Position numbers and translations under genes: made by a program. Shown piece by piece: positions 1-8,839 of a stretch of DNA of 19,999 nt. Position 1 is the stretch's first letter; the number at the start of each line of letters is the position of its first letter. Below the pieces are notes generated by a model. It did no database searches. It saw only the letters and a program-made list of their open reading frames with translations, and had not been told where the DNA came from. This DNA is from Candidatus Muiribacteriota bacterium (lineage in GTDB: Bacteria; Muiribacteriota; Muiribacteriia; Muiribacteriales; Muiribacteriaceae), in assembly GCA_051747805.1 (NCBI GenBank), contig JBNJGP010000049.1, positions 1-19,999 on the forward strand, given 5' to 3'.

Positions 1-1
1 C

Positions 2-382
2 CTCAACAATAAATTATATGAAAAAGCATTAGATTACTTTTCAAAAGCCACTCCGCTTCCTGATGCATATATAGGAAAAATAACATGCCGACTTAAACTT
101 AGAAGGGCATCAGATTTAAATGTAATTGAAACCCACTTTAATCATATTGAAAAAGATTATAGCAGCCCGATATATCAGAACTTTTCAAATCATTATATTA
201 AAACACTCAAAATTTACTTTAACTTCTGGACTGAAAATAATATTAATTATGTGGAAGAGTTAAAAGAAATTGAAAATAAAAATTTTTTTAAAACAAATAA
301 GCTTATAGAAGAATTAATAGAGTCAATTTCTGAACATTCGGAAAATATGAATTCCAGACTATCTGACAGGTCCGACAAGTAA
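2..382 (+). CDS. 3' end of an ORF entering the window; hypothetical, probably TPR-containing protein
   Basis: Hand translation of + frame 2 is open from base 2 to TAA at 380-382 (LNNKLYEKALDYFSKATPLPDAYIGK...RLSDRSDK*). YEKALDYFSKA resembles a TPR helix. It is not in the supplied track because the start lies outside the window. It overlaps the convergent pilin gene by 24 bp (359-382). Confidence 0.7.
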   Translation, partial: LNNKLYEKALDYFSKATPLPDAYIGKITCRLKLRRASDLNVIETHFNHIEKDYSSPIYQNFSNHYIKTLKIYFNFWTENNINYVEELKEIENKNFFKTNKLIEELIESISEHSENMNSRLSDRSDK

Positions 383-739
383 TTGATTTTCAAAATCAGG
401 ATTATCCTCAGTTTCACTCATAATATAAGCAGCCCTCTCACCGGAGGAAGCTGAGAAAATTGAAAAATAATAATAACCATCAGCCGGATGCTCTGGTATT
501 TCCAGCAGAAATTCCCCCTCAAGTTCTGTAAGAGAAACAGGATATCTTGAATATTTTATACGAAATTTTAACACTTCGTTTTTTAAAGTTTCCATATCTG
601 AATGCATACGTTTTATGCGGGCATTTAATACAACTGAATCATACACATTGTAAATTGAAGTAATCAATATAACGATAACCACAAGGGTAATAAGAATTTC
701 AACCAAAGTTATTCCTCTTTTAATACCCCTGAGAAGCAA
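359..739 (-). CDS. Type IV pilin / GspG-like pseudopilin with prepilin N-terminal cleavage-methylation motif
   Basis: KRG|ITLVEILITLVVIVILITSI is a class III signal peptide (basic leader, G-1, E+5, hydrophobic helix). FRIKYSRYPVSLTEL is GspG-like. Start revised from 781 to TTG at 739, which has GGGAGG (746-751) 6 nt upstream. Confidence 0.85.
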   Translation of the reverse strand: MLLRGIKRGITLVEILITLVVIVILITSIYNVYDSVVLNARIKRMHSDMETLKNEVLKFRIKYSRYPVSLTELEGEFLLEIPEHPADGYYYFSIFSASSGERAAYIMSETEDNPDFENQLLVGPVR

Positions 740-1166
740 GAAAAACCTCCCTGGTTTCGGCAGAATCACCATAGTGTACATTATAAATTAAAAAGACAGA
801 AAATACATCTTCTTCTCTTTCTTTTCTAATAATAGAAAAAGGCTCTCCCCATGCTGTTTCAAGCAGATCAGGGTCCTGGAGATAACCAAACTTTTCAAGG
901 TCTTGAAGGCTGAACTCTTCTGTATTTCCACCAACAGTATTATCCAGATTCATTCTATCAACAAACTTTCTTCTATTTGCCGCGTCCATTTTATAAAGTT
1001 CCACCGTTGTTTTTAAGCTGTCAATTATCATTTCGGTTTTTGCCCTTTTTGTATCCTCAATATAACTGGTGTAATAGGGCATTCCCACAACAACAAGAAT
1101 AGAAAGTATAGCCATTACAATCATAAGCTCGACAAGGGTAATTCCTCTTTTTTTAAGGTTAATCAT
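720..1166 (-). CDS. Type IV pilin / GspG-like pseudopilin
   Basis: KKRG|ITLVELMIVMAILSILVVVGMPYY is a prepilin motif. VELYKMD and TAWGEPF resemble the GspG YxxD and DPWG segments. Start is ATG 1166 (overlapping the upstream stop region) or TTG 1181. Confidence 0.88.
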   Translation of the reverse strand: MINLKKRGITLVELMIVMAILSILVVVGMPYYTSYIEDTKRAKTEMIIDSLKTTVELYKMDAANRRKFVDRMNLDNTVGGNTEEFSLQDLEKFGYLQDPDLLETAWGEPFSIIRKEREEDVFSVFLIYNVHYGDSAETREVFLASQGY

Positions 1167-1632
1167 TTCTATGTGCCCCAATAAAAACTTCCCTTTCTAT
1201 ATAATTTTGACGATCTCTGGTTTTATATATTTTATAAATTAGATAAAAGTTTGTAATATCTCCATCATCTACACGCTTAATCTCAAATAAATCGCCCCAG
1301 GCCGAACGAATGTCACGCTCATCCTCTATATAATCATAATGAAGCAGATGGTTTATATCAAACTCTTCTGCAAGTTCAGGATCATTTAAATTATCAAAAG
1401 AAAATCTATCATCCTGATGACGTGTGTTTTTAGAATCCATTAAATATTCATCAATAACCAGTTTAATATTATTTATAATTCCTTCTGTTCTGTTTTCATT
1501 AACTTTAGAGCTTGTTTCCTCAGCTCTCCGCCTGCTTCCAGATGTTTCAGAAACTGCAAAAGTTACAAGAATTGCGACTATAACAACTACAACAAGCACC
1601 TCAACAAGAGTAAAACCCTTAAAATTTTTCAT
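1159..1632 (-). CDS. Type IV pilin / GspG-like pseudopilin, paralogue of the adjacent gene
   Basis: MKNFKG|FTLVEVLVVVVIVAILVTFAV is a prepilin motif, and SAWGDLF is present. ATG at 1632 has GGAG 7 nt upstream. Overlaps the surE stop. Confidence 0.88.
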   Translation of the reverse strand: MKNFKGFTLVEVLVVVVIVAILVTFAVSETSGSRRRAEETSSKVNENRTEGIINNIKLVIDEYLMDSKNTRHQDDRFSFDNLNDPELAEEFDINHLLHYDYIEDERDIRSAWGDLFEIKRVDDGDITNFYLIYKIYKTRDRQNYIEREVFIGAHRND

Positions 1633-2374
1633 ACACAAACTCCGGTTTAATTAGACTGACAGAGGCCCTGCCATTAACCAAAGTACCTAAATCTGTTTTT
1701 TCCTGATTATTATTATCAAACTCCCTTATACCGGTTAATTTCACTTTATAAGATTTCCCTATAGATATTTTATCATATTTTTCCTTATATAAAAATTGAG
1801 CCGGATAAGTAAACTTATAATCCATTGTTGCGTTAAAGTTTGGATAGTTAATATTAAATAGATAGTTTAATTTTGAAAATTTCTGTATTAAATTTTTATT
1901 ATTTTTAAAAAATGAAATAAAAAAGTCAGCTGCAGCGTTAAACCCACTTTGACAATCAATTTTTTCATAAAAAGCAAGAGATAGGGCAAAACTCGGAATA
2001 TCTTGAGAAACTCCCTCAAAAGCCGCACCCACAGTGCCAGAATATCTTATATCAATACCAGTATTTTCACCATGATTAATTCCAGAAACTAAATAATCGA
2101 CATTTTCAAAAAAAACCTCTCTTATAAAGTATATACCAAGTTTGGCACAGTCAGCAGGAAATCCATTTTCAACAGAATAAAAACATGTATTTTTAATATT
2201 TGATTCTATTTTATTAACATTAATTTCCGTACCTAAAGTCATAGCCCCCGAACAGGCACTTTTTTCCCTGTCAGGTGCAAAAACAAAAACTTTACCCACT
2301 TCAGACAGTTTCATGGCAAGAGTTTTTATACCATCACTGTTTATTCCATCATCATTTGTTAATAAAAAATTCAT
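1619..2374 (-). CDS. surE: 5'/3'-nucleotidase SurE
   Basis: Diagnostic motifs LLTNDDG, APDREKSACS, GFPADC, SGINHGENTG, YSGTVGAAFEG and NINYP. Confidence 0.96.
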   Translation of the reverse strand: MNFLLTNDDGINSDGIKTLAMKLSEVGKVFVFAPDREKSACSGAMTLGTEINVNKIESNIKNTCFYSVENGFPADCAKLGIYFIREVFFENVDYLVSGINHGENTGIDIRYSGTVGAAFEGVSQDIPSFALSLAFYEKIDCQSGFNAAADFFISFFKNNKNLIQKFSKLNYLFNINYPNFNATMDYKFTYPAQFLYKEKYDKISIGKSYKVKLTGIREFDNNNQEKTDLGTLVNGRASVSLIKPEFVYEKF

Positions 2375-2605
2375 TTAATCTCTTAACTCTAAATAAAGCC
2401 TATATCTCTTACCTGTGCCTTCCTCAATAAAATTAAGTTTTTCTTCTCTTGCAAGCCAGCCAATAGCCATAGCGAACCTCTGATCTTTCATTGGCAGGTT
2501 ATCAAAATTAGTCATAACACCTTCTTTTACTTTTTTAAACTGAGTTCTTCCGGAACTGTTCAGAAAGTTCCAAATTTCTCCAGATATTTCCCCAATATTG
2601 TACAT
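2375..2605 (-). CDS. Small winged helix-turn-helix protein (DUF2582-like)
   Basis: 76 aa with IGEISGEIWNFL and AIGWLAREEKL, the pattern I recognise for the DUF2582 winged-helix family. AGGAGG RBS upstream. Confidence 0.8.
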   Translation of the reverse strand: MYNIGEISGEIWNFLNSSGRTQFKKVKEGVMTNFDNLPMKDQRFAMAIGWLAREEKLNFIEEGTGKRYRLYLELRD

Positions 2606-2638
2606 AAGCCCTCCTGGTTGAATTATTCAGTTAATATA

Positions 2639-2666
2639 AATATAGCTGTTTTTTAAAAAAAGTCAA
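2639..2666 (-). promoter_or_regulatory. Candidate sigma70-type promoter for the wHTH-surE-pilin genes
   Basis: Minus strand TTGACT (2666-2661), 16-bp spacer, TATATT (2644-2639) in the 78-bp intergenic gap. The AT-rich background lowers specificity. Confidence 0.4.
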
Positions 2667-2683
2667 ATTAAATTTATTTAGAA

Positions 2684-3454
2684 TTAGCGCATGTATTTTT
2701 GAGGATTAAGTGCCTGCGGGCTTCCACCTTCAATGAATTTTCTGAGCTCAAAGTAAAATCTATCATCACTTTTTACGCTGCCTATAATATCTTTTTGAGC
2801 AACAACGTCTCCCATTTTCACGCTTGATGAGCTAATATTTGAATAAACTGTATAATAATTGTTTTCATGCTCTATAATTATAATTCTATTTGAGGGATTA
2901 TTATCTACATAAACAACATCACCAGAATCTGCGGCCAACACATTAAGCTCTTTATCGATTGTGAACTCCATACCCTCAACCCTTATACCGTTTTTCAAAT
3001 CACCAAATTTGTATTTTAAATGCCCATTTTCTAAAGGATTAATTAAAAAAACCTCTTTACTACCAGAAGTAACTTGGCTATCATTCTGACGCGCTGTTAC
3101 TTCTACATTTTTCTCTATTGATTTTGGTTTTTTTGAATCTTTTTCAGTTGAAACTGAAAATGACTTATTAGAAATATTTTTTTCATCAGTAACCTCTGAA
3201 GCTGACAATAATAAAATTTTATCTCCTGTTTCTATTACATCAGGATTAGAAATAGAATTAAGTTTTGTTATCTGATTTAAAGATACGTTATAATTTCGGG
3301 CTATTTGATAAAGTGTTTCTCCGCTCTGAACAATATGATATTGCTCTCTATCCGTTGAAGAAGCCTTTTTACGGTTTAATGAAGGTCTTCGACAGGAAAC
3401 AGAAAAAAACATTAAAACTATTATTAAAAATAATTTAAAAACCTTTGAAAACAA
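2684..3454 (-). CDS. NlpD-like lipoprotein: LysM domain plus degenerate M23 (LytM) domain
   Basis: Lipobox-like leader MFSKVFKLFLIIVLMFFSVS|C. LysM domain YHIVQSGETLYQIARNYNVSLNQITKLNSISNPDVIETGDKILL. M23 fold VLAADSGDVVYV...IIIEHENNYYTVYSN...VKMGDVV...FELRK...ALNPQKY. TTG start overlaps the upstream gene. Confidence 0.87.
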   Translation of the reverse strand: MFSKVFKLFLIIVLMFFSVSCRRPSLNRKKASSTDREQYHIVQSGETLYQIARNYNVSLNQITKLNSISNPDVIETGDKILLLSASEVTDEKNISNKSFSVSTEKDSKKPKSIEKNVEVTARQNDSQVTSGSKEVFLINPLENGHLKYKFGDLKNGIRVEGMEFTIDKELNVLAADSGDVVYVDNNPSNRIIIIEHENNYYTVYSNISSSSVKMGDVVAQKDIIGSVKSDDRFYFELRKFIEGGSPQALNPQKYMR

Positions 3455-5561
3455 TGTTTTCCACCTTTTTATAATTAGTCAGTGCTCCGCTGGCAACCTC
3501 TATATCGCTGTGATAACTTAATCTTTCCAGTAGTTCAAGCGCTTTATGATTATGTATCTGCCCTATTCCATTAATTAAAACTTTTATAACATCGGAGTTT
3601 ATTTTTTCAATAGAATCAGATATTTTTTCAAGCCAGGCTGGTTCTTTCTTTAAAATTAAATTAAAAGTAAATGCGGCCTCAGTTGCAATATTTTCATTTT
3701 TATCCTCTAATTTTTCCAGTATAAAATCCATGTATTTTTCATTTCTTATAAATCTAAGTGAAAAAATAAGGGCCTGCTTCACCACTTCTGTCTCTTTATT
3801 ATAATTCTGAATAATATCCTCAATGACCTTGTCCTCTCCACATTTACCAAGAGCTTTAACAGCATTTGCCCTAACAACATCCTCTGGGTCTTTTAATGCA
3901 CTTTCCAGTATTGGAACAACTTGAACCGAGGCGATTTCCCCCAGCACAAAACACGCGCTCGCCCTTTCCCATCGACCTTCAGATTTTAACATATCATTTA
4001 GCATGGCAACCATTCTCAACCCACCGAATTTCCACAGGGCTTTGGCTGCATTTGCCTTAACCCTGTTGTTTTTATCTTTTAAAGCCGGCATAATAGTGTT
4101 TACAAGCTCAACTTCATCTAAAATATTTTCATAATTTTCAAGAGCCTCAATAGCGTTACTTCTTGTTCTTGAGTCAGTTTCTTTTTTTACTATATACATC
4201 AGAAGCTCTCCGCTTTCCTTATCTTTTCCCTGCGCAATAATATCGGTAATAATTGAACGTAGTTTAGGCGATTCTTCTTTTTTATAATAATCAAATATAA
4301 CTGGAACAATTTCTTTAAATAAACTGTCATAATTTTTTATTTTATAAAGAATTTCAACTTTTATATTTTCCTCTACTTTGTTATAAATTGAAATTAAAAA
4401 ATCATAAGATTTTCTATCCTTAATCACAGATAAAATATCAACAATCTTTTTTTGAATAGTTTCATTATCAATTTTTATAAAATCATCGACTAAAGAATAA
4501 AAATTATCTGGAAAATATTTTTTTGAGGCAAAAATATTTAAAACACCTTCTACAATTTTATCATTAGGATTTCTCAGCAGAGGTTCGAGTTTAGACAGTT
4601 CTTTTTCTGAAATTAAATTTTCAATTGTTAATGCTGCTTCTTTTCTTACTTTTTCATCTTTGTCCATAAGAAGAGGTAGAATTTTTTTCATATATTCTCT
4701 GCCGTTCATCTGTGCCAGAGCCATCAATGCGGCTTTTTTAACTTCTGCTGATTCATCGTTCAATCTTTTTGCAATAACTTCGGTAACTTCTGGATAATTA
4801 AAATGAGAAAGTGAAATTACAGCATTTCTTCTTATTTTTTCTATATTACAGACAACAAGCTTTTCAAGCAGTTCCTGAATTTTAGAGCTTTTTATCAACC
4901 ATAAAATTTCAACAATTCTTTCTTTATTTTTATCATCAACTTTATCAGAAGATAAAATATTAATAATTTTGCCTACGACGTTTTCACCTTCCATTTTATA
5001 TAAATGTTTAAGAGCATTGCTTCTAATATCAATGTCAGCTTCCTTGATTAAAGGCAGAAGATAATTCTGAATGTTTTGAATTTCATACTCAATAACAATC
5101 AAAAGAGCATTTTTTTTGATTTCTATATTATTATCGTTAAGCAGTTGTACAGTTGTGTTAATTATTTCAGGAGAATCTTTTTTTCCAAGTTTTCTGATTT
5201 CTTTTAAAATAAAAATTCTTAAATATAAATCCTCATCTTTTGATGACGCGATTTCCATTAATTTACTGAAACATTTCTCGTCTTCGAGGGCAAGAAGGGC
5301 AATTATAATCTCTCTTTTAAGAGTCGAGCTCGGCGTTTCATCATAAACCATTATTAACGGTCCGCTTGCCCTTTTGTTTTTTAATTTAGCAAGAGCCCTC
5401 ACAATATTAAGCCTGAGTTCAGAATGCAGCTCCGGAAGGTTATTAAGAAGATACTCAACAGCACGTTCATCACCGCTTTCCCCAAGGTCTTTTACAGCCT
5501 GAATTTTTTCTTTTATGCTCCGGCTGTTTAACGAGTTAACAATTTCCTTAAATTCTGGCAT
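3435..5561 (-). CDS. HEAT (PBS-lyase-type) repeat protein, 708 aa
   Basis: Many helical repeats of the LxDx..VRxxAxxAL type (RLNDESAEVKKAALMALAQ, LKDKNNRVKANAAKALWKFG, LKDPEDVVRANAVKALGKCG). Function unknown. Confidence 0.9.
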   Translation of the reverse strand: MPEFKEIVNSLNSRSIKEKIQAVKDLGESGDERAVEYLLNNLPELHSELRLNIVRALAKLKNKRASGPLIMVYDETPSSTLKREIIIALLALEDEKCFSKLMEIASSKDEDLYLRIFILKEIRKLGKKDSPEIINTTVQLLNDNNIEIKKNALLIVIEYEIQNIQNYLLPLIKEADIDIRSNALKHLYKMEGENVVGKIINILSSDKVDDKNKERIVEILWLIKSSKIQELLEKLVVCNIEKIRRNAVISLSHFNYPEVTEVIAKRLNDESAEVKKAALMALAQMNGREYMKKILPLLMDKDEKVRKEAALTIENLISEKELSKLEPLLRNPNDKIVEGVLNIFASKKYFPDNFYSLVDDFIKIDNETIQKKIVDILSVIKDRKSYDFLISIYNKVEENIKVEILYKIKNYDSLFKEIVPVIFDYYKKEESPKLRSIITDIIAQGKDKESGELLMYIVKKETDSRTRSNAIEALENYENILDEVELVNTIMPALKDKNNRVKANAAKALWKFGGLRMVAMLNDMLKSEGRWERASACFVLGEIASVQVVPILESALKDPEDVVRANAVKALGKCGEDKVIEDIIQNYNKETEVVKQALIFSLRFIRNEKYMDFILEKLEDKNENIATEAAFTFNLILKKEPAWLEKISDSIEKINSDVIKVLINGIGQIHNHKALELLERLSYHSDIEVASGALTNYKKVENIVFKGF

Positions 5562-6729
5562 CTCCCTTAAGCTCCTCTAAAAATGATTGTCCCGATACAG
5601 AATCTAAACCAAAATAATCAAGTACAGTGGCGCCTGCATCAGCAAAACTGCTTCTTATGCCAAGATTTATCCCTTTTTTCAATCTCTTTCCATAAACAAG
5701 CAGAGGTACATACTCTCTTGTATGGTCTGTTCCTTTAAATGATGGATCACATCCATGATCTGCAGTAATAATTAATATATCGTCATCACTTATATTATTA
5801 ATTAACTGAGGTAAAAAATTATCAAACTCTTCAAGAGCATTTGCATAACCCTCGATATCATTTCTATGACCGTATTTCATATCAAAATCAACAAGATTTA
5901 AGAATAGCAGTCCGTTAAAATTATTTTTTTTTATATAGTTTAAAGTTTTAATCATACCATCATAGTTATTTTCGTTATGCCCAAGAGATTCAGTTAATCC
6001 CTGTCCGCAGTAGATATCTTCAATTTTACCAACTCCTACAACCTCGAGATTATTTTCTTTTAAACAATCAAGCATACTGTAATGTGGCTTTATGGGAAAA
6101 TCTTTTCTATTTGTTGTTCTTTTAAAGCCATTTTGTTCGTCACCAACAAAAGGTCTTGCAATAACTCTTCCAACATTATGCGGTGATATAAGAATTTCTC
6201 TTGCTTTTTCACATATATCATAAAGCTCTTTTACGGGAATTATTTTTTCATGGGCGGCTATTTGAAAAACGCTGTCGGCCGAAGTATAAACTATTGGTTT
6301 TTTGCTTTCCAAGTGTTTTTTTCCAAGCTTTTCAAGTATTACTGTACCTGAAGACGCATAGTTTCCAATTATGTCATAACCAGTTACTTTTTTAAACTTA
6401 TTTATAACTTCTTTTGGAAAACCCTCTGGATAAACCGGAAAAGCACGGTCAAGAACCAGCCCCGCAATTTCCCAGTGACCAGTTATTGTATCTTTTCCCT
6501 TAGATTTTTCTGCCATTTTACCAAAATTTCCTTCAGGATTTTTATTACATTTTATATTATTAAATTCTTTTAAACATCCCAGGCCCAGCTTTTCCATATT
6601 AGGAAGTTTTATTTTTATATTTTTATCTATATTTCCAAGTGTATCAGCACCATAGTCCCCGTATTTTCGGGCATCGGGCATATAACCAACTCCAGCACTA
6701 TCTAATACAATTAAAATTGCTCTCTTCAT
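5548..6729 (-). CDS. deoB: Phosphopentomutase
   Basis: IVLDSAGVG, GADTLGNI, SKGKDTITGHWEIAG, YTSADSVFQIAAHE, GRVIARPF, NLVDFDMKYGHRND and TADHGCDP...TDHTREYVP. Start revised to ATG 6729 (GGAGG upstream) rather than 6744. Confidence 0.96.
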   Translation of the reverse strand: MKRAILIVLDSAGVGYMPDARKYGDYGADTLGNIDKNIKIKLPNMEKLGLGCLKEFNNIKCNKNPEGNFGKMAEKSKGKDTITGHWEIAGLVLDRAFPVYPEGFPKEVINKFKKVTGYDIIGNYASSGTVILEKLGKKHLESKKPIVYTSADSVFQIAAHEKIIPVKELYDICEKAREILISPHNVGRVIARPFVGDEQNGFKRTTNRKDFPIKPHYSMLDCLKENNLEVVGVGKIEDIYCGQGLTESLGHNENNYDGMIKTLNYIKKNNFNGLLFLNLVDFDMKYGHRNDIEGYANALEEFDNFLPQLINNISDDDILIITADHGCDPSFKGTDHTREYVPLLVYGKRLKKGINLGIRSSFADAGATVLDYFGLDSVSGQSFLEELKGDARI

Positions 6730-6752
6730 ACAACTCCTCCGCATACTTAATC

Positions 6753-8837
6753 TTAGCTTTTTATATTAAATTTTTCTTCGTTTTTTATAACCTGCCTTGA
6801 TAATTTAAGTAAATCTGCAGGTAAAATACGGGCATCAAAAATTTCATTTATAATATTTACAAGCCCCGATAATATTTTCTGGTTTTTTAAAAAGGCCGGT
6901 TTAGCATAATGACAAATACCTAGTGTATTAAGCAGGGCCCCCATATATATTAAATTTCGATTAATATCGGAAATATTTTCCTTACTAACTTCACCTTTTC
7001 CATAAACAAGATAATATGCAAGAGAATAATTTATTCCCTCATCCATTCCACCAGAATAATTTCCAGCCTCTTTCATTAAAATCATATTTTCATTATTATA
7101 GGGGAGAATAACTTCATTATTTAAAACAGGTGCACGGGAAACTGCAAAAGTCTTCATTGAAATATTACCACCCTGAAAAATTGTCCTGCTTTTCCAGTCA
7201 GATTTTTTTAGTAAACTAATGAGTTCCTCAGCAGAAAATGTTTCCGGTATAACTTTTGCCTCTCTTGCTATTGAGATAGCGCCACCAGTTTCCAGGGGAT
7301 CAACTCCATAATCAAGGCACCAGTCATGAAGCAGAGCAAAATCATCCATATCAAAAATTTTATTCATTATACCTAATGAGGCAAAATCTATAAAACTTAT
7401 ATTTCTATGTGTTTTTTTATTTTTATTAAAACACTTTATTACACAACTCTGACATTTTTTACCAAATTCAAAATTTTGTTTTATCTGTTTATTTAATTTG
7501 TTTAATTCTGAAACTTCTAATTTATCAATACGAAAATTATTACCACACAAGCCCTCAAGTTTATTTACAACAGGCAAAAAACCAAGGGTTGAAAATTGAG
7601 AAAGCATTCTCCCTGTAACAGTATTTTCAAGAAGAAGTTCTTCAAAATGATTAAAAGCTTTATTTAGTTTTTTATTAAGGGTTTTTCCTTCAGATACTTT
7701 ATCAACTATTATTCCCTTTACATTTTTTGTTCCAAGCACGGCTCCTATTCCACCCCCTCTGGCAGGAATAACGTCAGGTTCACCATTAGAATTTGAGGCT
7801 ACAAGAGTTGAACATAAAAGTTTTTCCTCGCCCGAAGGACCAATCCCAATTATACCAATCTCTGAACCAAAATCATTTTTAAGTCTTTTAAACATTTCTT
7901 TTGTACCGGTTTGAATATAATCAGAGGCGGGTATAAACTCCACTTTATTATTAGAAAAATAAATAAATACAGGGTCTTTAGAAATTTCATCAATAATAAT
8001 TGATTTTATCCCCAGGCTTGAGAGTTTTTCCCCAAAATTACCCATTATTTCAATAACCTTTAATTTTTCGGTAAGTGGAGACCTGAAAGCAATGCTGGTG
8101 CCTCCCGAACTTGAAATAAGCGAAGAAAAACTTCCGGGTGAAATAATTATTTTATTTAAAGCATCAAAAGCACCATACTCATAAGCACGATTTTGAAGCA
8201 TTTGATTTACAGATAAATTTCTTCCACAAAAAATATTATCAAAATTATCCTGAGCCACCTCTTCAACAACTCTTTCTGTTAAGCGCAGCTTTAATATTTT
8301 ATTTTTAAAATTTCCAGACTTAACAAATTTGGTGCCTTTATCTGATTTTTCCTGTTTTATATTCTCATATGAATTTATTAAAATAACACCATTTTTTTCA
8401 GTTATACTGCCTAGCTTATTAATTTCTTCCCTGGTAAGCATTATTGAGGTGACAACAACTTTTAAAGGTATTTTAGAAACTTCTTTTAATGATTTAATCT
8501 CTTCTGAAATATACTCAAAATTGTCACTTTTAATCATGGCAAGATTGGGCATTAATATAAATTCATCAATATTATTTTCCTGAAGTCTTAATATTTCAGC
8601 TTTTTTACTTTGAACACTTTCTATACCAAGGGGATACCCTAAAAGCACGCTGAATTTTAATCTTGCCCTCTTTAATATTTCATCTATTTTATCAACCTGA
8701 AATGGAAGCAGCTCAAGGGAATCTTCTTTATATTTTATAGCTTCTTCAACTCTTTTATCCAGGTTTGACCCTAAATACAAAGTTTTAGAAACCAGAAAAT
8801 CAAAGAGATTGAGTATCTGGCTCTTGGTCAATTTCAT
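6753..8837 (-). CDS. Fusion protein: degenerate DeoC-like N-terminal domain (~aa 1-175) plus divergent aldehyde:ferredoxin oxidoreductase (AOR)-family body (~aa 179-694)
   Basis: The N-terminus aligns by eye to the neighbouring DeoC ([46 protein letters not shown]). The C-terminal part has AOR motifs KILKLRL, RSPLT, IGPSGE, ARGGGIGAVLGTKNVKGIIV, C462xxC465xxxC469, DYGVDPLETG, NTLGIC642 and EEKFN. Confidence 0.8.
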   Translation of the reverse strand: MKLTKSQILNLFDFLVSKTLYLGSNLDKRVEEAIKYKEDSLELLPFQVDKIDEILKRARLKFSVLLGYPLGIESVQSKKAEILRLQENNIDEFILMPNLAMIKSDNFEYISEEIKSLKEVSKIPLKVVVTSIMLTREEINKLGSITEKNGVILINSYENIKQEKSDKGTKFVKSGNFKNKILKLRLTERVVEEVAQDNFDNIFCGRNLSVNQMLQNRAYEYGAFDALNKIIISPGSFSSLISSSGGTSIAFRSPLTEKLKVIEIMGNFGEKLSSLGIKSIIIDEISKDPVFIYFSNNKVEFIPASDYIQTGTKEMFKRLKNDFGSEIGIIGIGPSGEEKLLCSTLVASNSNGEPDVIPARGGGIGAVLGTKNVKGIIVDKVSEGKTLNKKLNKAFNHFEELLLENTVTGRMLSQFSTLGFLPVVNKLEGLCGNNFRIDKLEVSELNKLNKQIKQNFEFGKKCQSCVIKCFNKNKKTHRNISFIDFASLGIMNKIFDMDDFALLHDWCLDYGVDPLETGGAISIAREAKVIPETFSAEELISLLKKSDWKSRTIFQGGNISMKTFAVSRAPVLNNEVILPYNNENMILMKEAGNYSGGMDEGINYSLAYYLVYGKGEVSKENISDINRNLIYMGALLNTLGICHYAKPAFLKNQKILSGLVNIINEIFDARILPADLLKLSRQVIKNEEKFNIKS

Positions 8838-8839
8838 AA

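Noticed and set aside
740..781. Longer N-termini given by the ORF track for the last pilin (781), first pilin (1638) and deoB (6744)
   Set aside because: Better RBS-start pairs and family-typical N-termini occur at 739, 1632 and 6729.
2619..2629. Small dyad TGAAT-T-ATTCA just upstream of the wHTH RBS as an autoregulatory operator
   Set aside because: Only 5-bp AT-rich arms, which is expected by chance.
6753..8837. Treating the fusion as a pseudogene or as a plain functional tungsten AOR
   Set aside because: The frame is uninterrupted for 694 codons and keeps all four FeS Cys, which argues against simple decay. Several pterin-binding and catalytic motifs are altered and no tungstate-transport or pterin-synthesis genes are in the window, so a plain AOR call is unsupported.
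8780..8837. N-terminal helix of the fusion (MKLTKSQILNLFDFLVSK) as an encapsulation peptide
   Set aside because: It aligns with the start of the DeoC core ([16 protein letters not shown]) and has no following linker.
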